A DNA stretch of 64,000 bases from Somniosus microcephalus (taxonomy: Eukaryota): assembly GCA_052327205.1 (NCBI GenBank), contig CM126210.1, positions 60,450,001 through 60,514,000 of the forward strand. The letters run 5' to 3'. The notes below the pieces were generated by a model. That model ran no database searches, had not been told where the DNA came from, and saw only the letters and a program-made list of their open reading frames with translations. The translations under genes and the position numbers were made by a program. Shown one piece after another: positions 9,061 through 21,238 of this stretch (its first letter is position 1; every line of letters begins with the position of its first letter).

Positions 9061-12000
9061 ACTATTGCACTACTAGTGTTTATTTCAGTATCACTGAACA
9101 GAAGCTAAAAACAAAGACGAAAGGGCCTAAAAAGTGAATCTGTGGGCGGTAAAGATTGATTAAATAAAATAAAAAACCTACATATGTTAGAAATTTGAAA
9201 CAATAACAAACCGCTCAATCAAAACCTATGAAAATAAATTACATTTTTGGGACCAGAATTCTTTAGAACTCGGGGTTGAATAAAGCACCTCAATTAGTAA
9301 GAACACAACAAATCCAAGTACTTAAAAGATACTGGTTAAATAAACTTGCTTTCTTAAATTTGGCGTGCATTCTTTGCTCCATTCTTGCTCTGCTCTTTCA
9401 CAAATACACCACCCACGCGCCCTCTGTCTCTCACCGGATAATCCCACCTCTGCCCGCACTTTATTTGTCTACTTTATTTATGATGTAGATGCAACTCAAT
9501 TTCCCCCTGCTTTGATTGATCAGTTCCACCATCAATCATCAGTCACCCCGGTTTGATGAGATGGTGGGCGGTGCCACCAGCACGTGATGACCAAGGTTGT
9601 TGACGGTAAACATCAGCTGGACCTGTGATAATTATAATCACTGAACATTTTATTTGGGGATGAATTTCCTGAACCGGGGACTCTTCCAGGGACATTGTTT
9701 GGCTGGGGACACAGTACCATATCTGGGGACTGTCCCCAGAAAACAGGGATGTATGGGCACCCTACTTTAAAAGCCCATGGTCATATGAACCAAAATATCA
9801 GACAGGAAAAGACCAACTGGTCTATCCAGCCTGTCCCATACAGCTGTGATGCCTTATGCTTTATGATTAAGACATTCCCTACCCACTAGGTGCTATGTAA
9901 TCTCCTGGGAGTGGTGAAAGACCAAATAAAAACGCAAGGCCAATTAGGGGGAAAAAGCTAGAAAATTCCTCTCCGATCCCTCTAGGTGATTGAAACTAGT
10001 CCAGGAGACCACACTGTCCATGACTTCTATTACTTGGTACCTACCTCTTGTATAACCTTGGGCCAAAATGAACAAATGTGGTTTAGCTAAAGTCTGGGGC
10101 AGTGAGACATGGCTAAAGCTCTTACTGTGTGCACGGGTGAGATATAATCATTAAAGCTTTGGCCTTCCCTGTTGAGCACCAGAATACAAGAATGACAGCA
10201 TTGCATTGTAGTCGTAACTAAACCGAGTAAAATCGTGCAAGGCCTCCTTACTCTCCAGTGACCACTTGAGTCTCCAATCAATTCTACTTTTCATTCCCAA
10301 TTGTTTGGATCAGGAGTTTTAAAAGACTAACACTCCTCCTACACTCTAAGGCAGTCACTCAACACTCCTCGGTCGTTAGCACCAGTGACAAAAATATCAT
10401 TACTACCGAAAGCCTCAAATTACTATTTGGCCTGGTTTACCTGCTCTTGAGTATATGTGGACACGTAGGGGTAGAATTTCTGCTGTGTTCTTCCAATTTT
10501 CGACTATGTTTGGTGAAAAATTGGCTGAAAACCCCCAAAAACAGTGTTAAAGGCCATTTATGCCATTTCACCAGCTGCCGCCAAGGTTATGGCAGGAGAT
10601 CGAGTGAACTTCTCCCCCACCACACAATTTTCTTATTAAAGAGGCTATTCATTTGTTGCCTTTTGCTGTCTCGCCGATCAGTCAATTAAAAGCTCCATTT
10701 CTTTGAGGGTCACCCACACAAAAATCCCAGGAACAGATCTCCCTACGCCAGGGGTAGTTAATGATGACCCATGACCTACCTCAGATCAATAGGGTTCATG
10801 AGAATGACAGTCTTTGCAATTACCTTTTTTTGTCTGTAACAAGGTATTTTTGCAGTTATTTTACCAGACAAACATATGGCGGAATACAATTGGACTTATG
10901 TTGAGAAACCCATAATGCACACACCCAGTGGGTTTGTAGTTTCCATTTTGTTGATCTCACTCACTATTTTGCAAAGTCCCACTGCTCCTCCCCCTCCTCA
11001 GATAACCTTCAAAAGAAACCCAAGAGAAACAGCACTGGTGTTTTAGAATTACTGGCTACATTCTGTCCCCGTTACAGCAGTAAACTAGTCACCGGGGTTA
11101 GAAGGACATCAAGAAAGTATAGGACAAGGAAAGCCTATCAAACCCATTCCTACGACAGGCCACATATAATTCTCCATATCACATGCTGCACTCAACCAAC
11201 AACACCAATGACTTGCATTTATATAGCGACTTTAACGTAGAAAAATGTCCCAAAGAGCTTCACAGAGGCGTCATATTTTTTTAAAAGACCTACTGCACCC
11301 TTACAGCTCCGACTAGTTACATTCCACGGGTGATCGCTCTGTGCTAATAGAGCTAATAGCGGCAACAATCTGGCCCTAGAAAAGAATGAAAAGATCAGAT
11401 GATGGTTACAAACATGTAGGAGATGACTTGAACCTCTTTGCCTAAATTACAGCCCTGTAATTGCTCCCAGGTATCTAGTATTCTAGATATGAACCATCTG
11501 GCCTCTCACCTGTAACCACTCTAGTGAAGCCATTACTTTCTGTGTTTTGTCATTAAATTCACTGCTTTGTCAAATATACCTAAACAAAAGTAGTTAATTT
11601 TCTTGCTCTTGCAATAGATGAGCCCTCCACGATTAGGCACATTACACCTTAGTGTGTGTGATCCTCAATAGTTAAGGCTGACTTCCCTTTCAATAGATAG
11701 TACTTGTGTTTAGTTTAGCTGCTGCATGCACTGTAACCAGTGATATCATTTCTGAAACTGCTTTTTTCAGCTCGGCAGCCACAGTAGCCTGTATTTATGG
11801 ATTTGATTAAAACAGACTTGTTGTTGGTTCAGCCAGCTTGACTGCCTGCAGTTCCGTAGCACTTAGCATGACCAATAAAGAGAACCTGCTTTCATTGTCA
11901 CAACTGCAAAATGTTTGTAACGTTGTTTGTATATTTGACCACAATTTTCAACATGATAAACTGTACATAGGAAACTATGAATAAATTAGTTTACTATTTA

Positions 12001-12799
12001 TTTAGTCTCAGTGTTGCAGGCAGATAATGGCTTATCCAGATTTGCTCCTGTGCATTCATTGTTTCTGCACTTTCAGCCTTGTTAGCCAGTCTTAATTCAG
12101 AATCAAAGCATGTTCCAGGCATCCTGGAACGCTCTCACTGACAGAACCCCTTGCTCTATATCTACATCTCTCTCTTTTTCTCCCTCGGTCTTTCAGCAAA
12201 CACCTTAAACTACACTCGTGGACCTCCCGTGACATTGCTCCTCTCATAGATGGCCTTCAATGGAAAATGTACCAAAGTCACTTATCATGCGACTGACAGA
12301 GTTTAAAAATATTACATGTTACTGATCCTAAAACCGCCCACCAGCCCCTGCTCACTACTGAATGGTTTTCCATCCATTCATTTATACGGGTGGTAAATTG
12401 TGGGATTCAAAAGTGGAAACACCCCACATGTCTTCCACATACTATATACTTGTAATACTGTTTCATCACCGATTTACAAAACTCACTTCAGGTGCAAATA
12501 ACTTTTGTTCATTCTTCCCTCCCTGAAAAGCTCTTATTCTCAGTTATTAATATTACAAATTATTATTCGCTCTGCCTAGATTGCAGTACAGTACCCACCA
12601 CTTATAGCGAGTGTGTTGGTGTTAACGCAATTTGCCCGCTATACGCGATGGTGAATGGAAGAACCAAAAATCCAACATAACCAATATATTTTTTTAAACC
12701 AAGCTTGATGCAAAACCCCTGAAGACTCCACTTAGTAAACTGCCTCTCCTAACTGTTAACAGTTGCATCCAGAGTCTCGTCAGTCAGGTAATCGCACCT

Positions 12800-13650
12800 T
12801 AACCAGGTATGAACAGCTATTGAAACTACTTGAAGACCCGAGAAATTAATCCTGGAATAGTAGGAGGATTTGGCTGTGGAGAGGGCGAGGCAGTATTAAT
12901 TGAGCTGGTCCAGCCACATCTGGTTATAGACAACAGGCCAGTTATATAACATGTGCGCTGGGGGTCTGCACGCATCAGGTTTGAGGGTCTGGACATGAGA
13001 ACTGTAACGAGGGTGGGAGACTTGATAGAGATTAGGGTGTCAAAATAGGAACCAAGGTGAAGGACTACAGGAGGGGACATTGGGAGTTAGCGAGTGTGTC
13101 GGTGAGAGAGATGGTGGGAGTTTTTTTTTCCAGGTGCGGAGATTGAAGATGGAGCAGGTAGGGAGATAGGGATGTTGAGGGAGATGAGGAATTGATCTAA
13201 ATCTTGGAGTTGGTGCTGTTGGGTGGATGGTAATGGGGTGTGGTGGAAGATGTAGTCGAGTGAGGTGGCTATGGTGAGGTTGAAGGAGTCGCTGCCCGTG
13301 AGCCAGTCTTTGGCCAGGCCCAGGTTGTTGATAGACAATCCAAGATGAAGTCATGGGAGCCTGCACTCACAAGGGAACCAGCGTGCTGGGAGGACAACAT
13401 GGAGCAGGCTGGTGGTTGGAGAACAGCGTGTTGGGAAAGCAGGCAGTGGCAAAGGAAAGAGGGGTAGGAAGGAAGTTACAGAGGAACTGCATTGGGTGAG
13501 ATACTCTCTGGGAGAGGGAGATGAGGTTGCTCTGGCACAGCCAGCAGTGGGTCCTGTGGATTCCGTGGGTAAGGTCAGATAGAGGGAAGCTCTGAGCACT
13601 CAAGCTGGAATGCAAGAGAGACATGAGGTCAGTGGGGGACCTGAGAAATA
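12800..13650 (-). mobile_element. Degenerate L2-like LINE fragment (endonuclease region)
   Basis: Remnant C-rich LINE-like reading frames (PTH.H...LDL..TR). Confidence 0.5.
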
Positions 13651-13799
13651 GGGGAAGGAATAATCTTATTCAAGGAACGTGTGTCTTATAAGCAGGCTCA
13701 GAACTCCCGTTACCAAAGTTGAGAGTTAGCATGCAGACCCCATTTATGTCATTTTATTTAATCATTTTATTTTCCTGTTACCCTTTGCTGAGATGAGAT

Positions 13800-14330
13800 A
13801 ACAACAACAACAACTTGCATTTATATAGTGCCTTTAATGTTGGAAAGCACCCCAAAGCGCTTCACAGGAGCGTAATTATAGACACAAATTGACACCGAGG
13901 CATAGGAGGAGTGATTAAAAGCTTGGTCAATGATGTGGGTTTAAGGAGAATCTTAAAGGAGCAGAGAGGTTTAGGGAGGGAATTCCAGAGCTTAGGGCCT
14001 GTATGGCTGAAGGCACGGTCGCCAATGATGGGGTGAAGGGAGTGGGGAATGCACAAAAGGCCAGAATTGGAGGAACTCACAGTTCCAGGAGGATTGTAGG
14101 GCTGAAGAAGGTTACAGAGATAGGGAGGGGCAAGGCAATGGAGGAATTTCAACATGTGGATGAGAATTTTAAATCGTTGCCGGACTGGGAGCCAATGTAG
14201 GTCAGCGAGCACAAGGGTAATAGGTGAACGGGACTTGGTGTGAGTTAGGATATAGGCAGCAGAGGTTTGGATGAGTTAAAGTTTGTGGAGGGTTGAAGAT
14301 GGGGGGCCAGGCAGGAGAGCATTGGAATAG
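13800..14330 (-). mobile_element. L2 LINE 3' end
   Basis: LADLHWLPV..R.FKIL, GDRAFS..GPKLWNSLP; tail ctatataaatgcaagttgttgttg. Confidence 0.88.
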
Positions 14331-14426
14331 GATCTCAACATAAAAAAAACCTGAGACCTTCTTGGTTTGTGTGACTCAGGCACTCCCTGAATAAATTCAC
14401 TGAATGATCGGGGCAGCGAGGTAGCA

Positions 14427-14588
14427 GGGGCTCGATTTTCCAATTGGCGTTCTGGGCACACAACCTCGACCACCAATAAGGCACTGCGAGAAAATCGCAC
14501 GAGGAGTCCATGATTATCTGTCCACCGAAGACGGATGTCGTGAAATTGAACGTACGTGGCCGGCGATTTCCCTACAGACCTTGCAGGC
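14427..14588. mobile_element. Short Harbinger-like MITE
   Basis: Imperfect TIRs ggggctcgattttc / gaaaatctacccc. Confidence 0.45.
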
Positions 14589-14706
14589 GCGACCAGAAAA
14601 TCTACCCCTCGGATGTTAAGAATTTATTTGTCAGATCAGTTTTGTAATGAATAGGAATTTAAATATTTTGTTAAATTCTGTGCATTTTGCAGGAAATAAA
14701 ACAATG

Positions 14707-15414
14707 GCCCGTAATTTCCGATAGGAGGCTTCCTGCGTGTGGATGCCTCCTATCGGAAAAAAAATCTACGCTCTTACCTGAGGGCTCCCGAGGTCCGGAC
14801 ACTTCCGATGCTGGGCCTGTCCACAGTCGAAATGCGCAGGGCCCACGTATCCCAGGGGCGCATGAGGTTCGCAAGTGTCCCTGGGGTCACGTGGGCCAGG
14901 TGAGCCAATAGGAGAAGGTAATCTCCCTTCATACTTTTGACAGATAGAACTGTCAAAAGTATGAATGGGGATCACCCCAAAAACACATCAAAATATTAAA
15001 TAAATTTTTTAAAAACCATCATGTTTTTAAAATGAGTTAAAATTACATTAAATTAAGTATTTTAAACAAAAATTTAATCTTTTGAAAAAAATAATTTACG
15101 TTTTTTACGGGGCTAAAAATAAACATACCTTTTTCAAAAGTATTTTAAAATTATAAATGAGTGAAAAAAAATTATTTTTTTAACTTTTTTCAACTCTTAT
15201 GCTGGTAAAAATGTTTTCAGCAGGTGAAGGTTGTGCAGAAAGCGGAACTCTCCACCCGCAGAGGCCCTTCTCCAGGGCAGGTATCCGATCTGTCAAGAAT
15301 CGGAAATGCCGGTTTTCAGCGCATGCGCTTTGCATGCCTAAAACCGGCATTTCTGATGTCCCTACGGGTGTGTACACAGCTCGTACACACCCGTAGGCAT
15401 CGGAAAATACGGCA
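14707..15414. mobile_element. MITE with GC-rich arms and AT-rich centre (Harbinger-like), same family as 19797-20560
   Basis: TIRs ggcccgtaatttccgat / atcggaaaatacggcac. Internal blocks shared with 19797-20560 (gtatcccaggggcgca, gggctaaaaataaac, gcgcatgcgc). Confidence 0.75.
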
Positions 15415-15840
15415 CATTTTCTTGTACCTATCAACCGTATCAAGCGCTCACAGGCCAGTGTAACATGGGTTAGATCAACTTACAACTCTACTTACAATAG
15501 CCCCAAACTCTAACTCAGCCTCCAGCCAGACCATCACTTTCCCCACATACAGCTCCATTGTCACATTTCCATAGCTTCATATACACGCCCATTAAATTAA
15601 TGTCAATCCATGCAAAAAATGAAAAGCAACCTTTACAATGCAGACTATTGTTCAATGGGAACCAGTTTCAAACTTCTGAAACCTATATCAATTAGAAGTC
15701 CTTAACAGTCTTCAGAATGTTAACGTTTTCCAGTGAAAGGACAATATTTCAACCTGCTCCACCAGCCCAATCCCTAAACGAGCAAAGAAATACTGGGGAT
15801 TCTTAATGACCTTATCTTCAGAACTCTGATGAGCTAATAA

Positions 15841-16298
15841 AGAAAGAAAGAAAGAAAGACTTGCATTTATACAGCACCTTTCACAACCTCAGGACGTCCC
15901 AAAGCACTTTACAGCCAATGAAGTACTTTTGAAGTGTAGTCACTGTTGTAACGTAGGAAACGCGGCAGTCAATTTGTGCACAACAAGCTCCCACAAACAG
16001 CAATGCAATAATAACCAGATAATCTGTTTTTAGTGACACTGATTGAGGGCTAAATATTGGCCAGGACACCAGGGATAACTCCCCTGCTCTTCTTCAAAAT
16101 AGTGTCACGGGATCGTTTACATCCACCTGAGGTTTAACTTCTCATCCGAAGGACTGCACCTCTGACAATGCAGCACTCCCTCAGTACTGCAACTGGAGTG
16201 TCGGCCTAGATTTTTGTGCTTAAGTCTCTGGAGAGGAACTTGAACCCACAAACTTCTGACTCAGAGGTGAGAGTGCTACCAACTGAGTCACAGCTGAC
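15841..16298 (-). mobile_element. DeuSINE (SacSINE1-like), full length
   Basis: Reverse complement of 5095-5562; (aaag)n tail. Confidence 0.88.
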
Positions 16299-17394
16299 AT
16301 GTCCTTCACCATCATGAGATCATACAAACATATGAAATTGACAGACAGGAAAAGACTAGCTGGCCCATCAAGCCTGCCCTATAACTCACGATGGCTGGAG
16401 CATCATGACTGTATCAGCACCAGTGACTGCAGACAACTCAGGACAACTCCAACACAAAAGGTTCATGGACCTTAGGTAAAGTTACTATTTGTCAGTGGAA
16501 ATATTTACTCTAACTCACCATTGACTGAACAATATGAGAAATTCCCCAAATTCTTATTAAATGTTTCCCATGAAAGTCCAAAGTACGAAATGGACTTGTA
16601 TTTAGAAAGTCGCAAGCATCTAAGTAAGTTGGACTTAAAGATTTACAATATCCTCTGTCTTTGATATGAACTTAATTACACCTATCCAGCCATCCTTGTT
16701 GGAAGCGGATGTGTGTGGAGTTTGGATGAGGGCAGGATTGACCAGGAATTTGATGCCCCCCTAGTTGAACAGTGCACTGCCATTCACTGTCAAACATGAG
16801 AATGGCCACCTTGCTCATTTATCAGAGGGTGTGAGCAAGGACTCACGCTTTCAGGAGAGGAGAAAGCAAATAAATAAAAAATATAAATTTAAAATAAAAA
16901 TACAAAACATAGAAAATGTTTAAAACAATAATATAAAAGTTAGAAATACATCAGAAGGAATGAGTAGGAAATAAGTATGAGGGAAAAAAGTAAGAGTAGA
17001 AACAATATTTTAAAATATTTTTTCAAATATAGCATTTAAATTACAGTAAAGATATTCCCAATATCTTAGTACTTACAGTAAGATACTCCTGATATCATAT
17101 TACTTACAGTGATAATGATACTTACAATCGCTTACGACTTACAGTAAGAGATAATCTTGATGGAGTTCGATGTGGGGAAGTGTAAGGTCATCCACTTTGG
17201 ATCCAAGAAAGACAAATCAAGTATTTTCTTAATGGTGAGAGACTAGGAGCTGTGAAAAAGCAAAGGGATTTGTGTGTCCGGGTACAGAAATCACTAAAAG
17301 CTAGTGCATAGGTACAGAAAGTGATCAAAATGGCGAATGGAATGTTGACTTTTATCTCAAGGGGGTCGAATACAAAGATTCCATGATATCTTCA

Positions 17395-18112
17395 TTGTAA
17401 CAGTGATAGATACTCCCAATATCTTAGTATTTACAGTAATAACAATACTCCCGATATCTTAGTATTTAAAGTAATAACGATACTCCCAATATCTTAGTAT
17501 TTAAAGTAATAACGATACTCCCAATATCTTAGTATTTACAGTAATAACGATACTCCCAATATCTTAGTATTTACAGTAATAACGATACTCCCAATATCTT
17601 AGTATTTAAAGTAATAACGATACTCCCAATATCTTAGTATTTAAAGTAATAACAATACTCCCAATAGCTTAGTATTTAAAGTAATAACGATACTCCCAAT
17701 ATCTTAGTATTTAAAGTAATAACGATACTCCTGATATCTTAGTATTTAAAGTAATAACAATACTCCCAATATCTTAGTATTTAAAGTAATAACAATACTC
17801 CCAATATCTTAGTATTTAAAGTAATAACGATACTCCTGATATCTTAGTATTTAAAGTAATAACAATACTCCCGATATCTTAGTATTTAAAGTAATAACGA
17901 TACTCCTGACATCTTAGTATTTACAGTATAAACACTATACTGTACTAATTACACATTTGCAGTACTAAAGATGCTCTTGATATCTCAGTATTTACAGAAA
18001 GATACTCCTGATCTTAGTACTTACGCTCCTGATATCTTAGTATTTAGAGTAATAAAGATACTCCCAGTATCTTAGTATTTATAGTAATAGACACTCCCGA
18101 TATTTTAGTATT
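17395..18112. repeat. 35-bp minisatellite (gatactcccaatatcttagtatttaaagtaataac)
   Basis: 35-bp period (e.g. 17479, 17514). Degenerate units also at 17040-17158, separated by a CR1 fragment at 17160-17377. Confidence 0.95.
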
Positions 18113-18524
18113 CATACAGTTCTACAGCATCATTGGGGGTTGAGCTGAAATCTTTAAAAGCAGGCATCACCGGACTCAATGGCGTTTGAAGGGTTAACTA
18201 ATCTGGAAGCTGGGATATTAATGGGAATAGCATTTTTGAATGTTTTTCTTTTAATTGTAACGTAGATACACTCCTCCAAAGTTACATATTTTCTTCTTTT
18301 ATTATTTCTTCAATGTACTCACCAAACCACTGATCTTTCATAGCAAACATTAAAATTACACTAAAATGTACAACTTGTTTTTTTTCTGAAGACTATATCA
18401 ATAGATTTTAATACAAAATAAATTTCAACAATTGTGACAAAAATAAAGTTAGTTCAACGTTTAAAAATAATGAGTACAAAGAAATTAGAAAGATTAGCCC
18501 ACTTCCAGTTCCACTTTTACATTT

Positions 18525-18745
18525 CATAGAACCATAGGATCTTGCATCACAGAAGGAGGCTATTCAGCCCATCGTGCCTGTGCCGGCTCTCAGGTAGAGC
18601 TATCCAATTAGTCCCACCCCCCTGCTCTTTCCCCATAGCCCTGCGATTTTCTCTCCTTCAATTATTTATCCAATTCCCTTTTGAAAGTTCATATTGAATC
18701 TGCTTCCACCACCCTTTCAGGCAGAGCATTCCAGATCATAATAAC
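18525..18745 (-). mobile_element. CR1 3' tail
   Basis: Similar to 7445-7700 and 37675-37900. Confidence 0.85.
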
Positions 18746-19563
18746 TTGCTGCATTCATTATATTATTCAAACCAAATGCAAATCAAAGCACAGCACATGT
18801 GCTCCTCAGTCTGTACCCAGCACTCAAATGTTTTACAGTATGGGACACAGTACAGAGTGACACCTTGGACAATGAAAGCCAACGGTTTGCAGAGTTCCTC
18901 AGTCTCTGAAGATTCATCAAGTGTTTCTAATATTTGTGAAAGATGTACAAGCCTGACCACTGATAAAGATAAGTGATCTTTATGCTTGATGTTTCAATCA
19001 GTTCAGTTCTTGCATAGTTTTTCTATCTCCACTTATATAAGTGTCAACTGTGGCTCAGTGGGTAGCACTCTCACCTGTGAGTCAGGAAATTATGGGTTCA
19101 AGTCTCACTCCAGAAACCTGAGCACAAAATCTAGGCCAACACTCCACTGCAGCACTGGGGAATGCTGCACTGTTGAAGGTAGTGACCTCAATTTTAATAG
19201 CCCTGAGGAGGCGGGTTGGAAGCAAAAATCAGAAAAAATGGCTTCAGACCTCCATCCCGACCCTACCCGATTTTTGTGAGTGTCTGTTCAACCGCTCCCA
19301 AGCTGATCCGACTGGAAACAGGTAGTTAAGGCAGTTAAGAGCCTGTTAACTGCCTTGCTAATCCTATTTTGATGGTTTCCCATTTTCGTGCTTCTGGCTC
19401 CTGTTTCCTGTCTTGTCAGAAACAGGCTAGCTGCAAGGAGACGGGTTGCTGGAGGACATGATTTATATTAATTGGTGCAGCACTTTAAAAACACTCCTGT
19501 AACATGGCTGACATTCAAATGCAACAACCTTGTTGTTGGATGTTTGGGTAAGATTTTGCAAAT

Positions 19564-21238
19564 TGTACGAAAGGCTGATATTTAAAGATATTTAGTAGAC
19601 GAGAATCAAATACAGTATGTATAAATTCAAGTGTAGCCATTGACCAAATAATATTACCCATAATTATGCCTGGGTAACTAGAACTTGTTCAAAATGTAGC
19701 TGCACAGTCAAAAGCAGTTTTGACTAAGTTTTGATAACAAACAGCCACAGACTGCAAGTGAAGGTCAAATCATTAAATTGCTAAGAAAAACATATTGGCC
19801 CAGAAATTCGGGTCGGGGGCTTCCCGCGGGTGCAAGCCCCCGATCTGCACTTACCTTGCGCGCCGGCCGTTGAGCTGTGGGCCCGCGTGGGATTCCGATC
19901 CTGGGCCTGGTCCAGCTGCCGGCGCGCAGTGCTTGCGTATCCCAGGGGCGCAGTTAGTTCGATGCGTCCCCTGGGATCACGTGGGCCATGGGCAGCCAAT
20001 CGGAGCAGGGAAAAGCCCATTCATAAGTCTGACAGGAAGAGCTGTCAAGACTTATAAATACTACGGCCCCAAAATAGCATTAAACATTCAAATAATTTTT
20101 TAAAATACATCACATTTTTAAAATAAACTATAAATTACATGAAATAACTATTTTAAACAATAATTTAAATTTTTGGAAAAAATAATTTTATATTCTAACG
20201 GGCTAAAAATAAACTTACCTTGCTTTAAAGTATTTAAAAATAATAAACCTGTGGAAATTTTTTTTAAATTTTAATTAATTCACCACTTACCTTGTAAAAA
20301 GCAGGCCTTACGCCTGCTTTTTACATTTCTAAATCCTGCAGGCTTACGATCCCAGAGAAACCTGTAAAAAAAACGTACGTTTGATGCGCACGCGCATCCT
20401 CCCCCACGCACGTGTTCGACCTCTGAACCCCTGCTTTCAGAGGAACGGAAGTGCCAGTTTCCCGCGCATGCGCAGTGCATGCAGGAAACCGGCACTTTCA
20501 TCGGGCCTATGGGTGAGTACCCCGTGCGTACTCACCCGTGGAGACCCGAATTTCTGGGCCTGTTAGAACTTAGAATTTGCTTAACAAAACTAACTGCAAC
20601 AATATTTGAAGAATAATTAGTATAAATTTCCAATAAATGAGAGAGATCATGGAAGTTAAGGTATTTATCTGGTGAGATAGTCTGGATACATCAAGACTAG
20701 TGAAACAGCGCTGAAACGATCTGGGCCCTTGGTATAGAAAGGCCTTGTACAGCTTGAGGCATGAAATGAAAGAGATATGGCAAATTCCAATGGGGTGAAA
20801 AGCTATAAACAAGATAACACGACAGCAGAACGGAGTTAATGGAAATGTTTAGGAAAAGGAGTGGCCAGGTTACTAGCCTTAACCTGAGTGACAATTGTAT
20901 TTTGACCATTAGAACCAATTAAAAAAGGTGATTTTGTTAAAGTCCATATATGGACACTGGCCAACCAAACTGTTGATAAGGAATGGGTTAAAACCTCGAT
21001 ATTCAAAGAACAGTTTCACACAGACGTAAAGCGAGGACAAAGGAACAGACTTAAGACGACATCATCTGTGTCCGAGAGGTTCCAGGGACCAAGGGCTGTG
21101 AGCTACTCATTAAAGCTATCGCCTAATATTAAGTATATTACACTGTATGCTTAATAAATCTTGATCTATTGCTCAAACGTACTGGCTGCTGCCTATTGGT
21201 GTCTTGTCCAAGAACTCAGAGATCGTAAAGATCTTACA
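19564..21238 (+). mobile_element. Solo LTR (about 910 bp net) interrupted by a MITE
   Basis: Termini TGTACGA...TCTTACA, 4-bp TSD AAAT (19560-19563 and 21239-21242), AATAAA near 21153. Confidence 0.7.
19797..20560. mobile_element. MITE (Harbinger-like)
   Basis: Perfect 18-bp TIRs ggcccagaaattcgggtc / gacccgaatttctgggcc. Confidence 0.88.

Larger units (their letters stand above)
7753..9764. mobile_element. Non-autonomous hAT DNA transposon with nested insertions
   Basis: Ends TAGGGTGACCATA / TATGGGCACCCTA. Perfect 8-bp TSD CTTTAAAA at 7745-7752 and 9765-9772. Confidence 0.88.

Noticed and set aside
16414-16432. REST/RE1-like site tcagcaccagtgactgc near a neuropeptide gene
   Set aside because: Right half-site mismatches GGACAG, and it lies at a repeat edge.
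20570-20812. ORF with FQRCF..LD as a possible ZNF395 C-terminus
   Set aside because: Lacks the C-clamp Cys/Trp pattern and lies inside the solo LTR.
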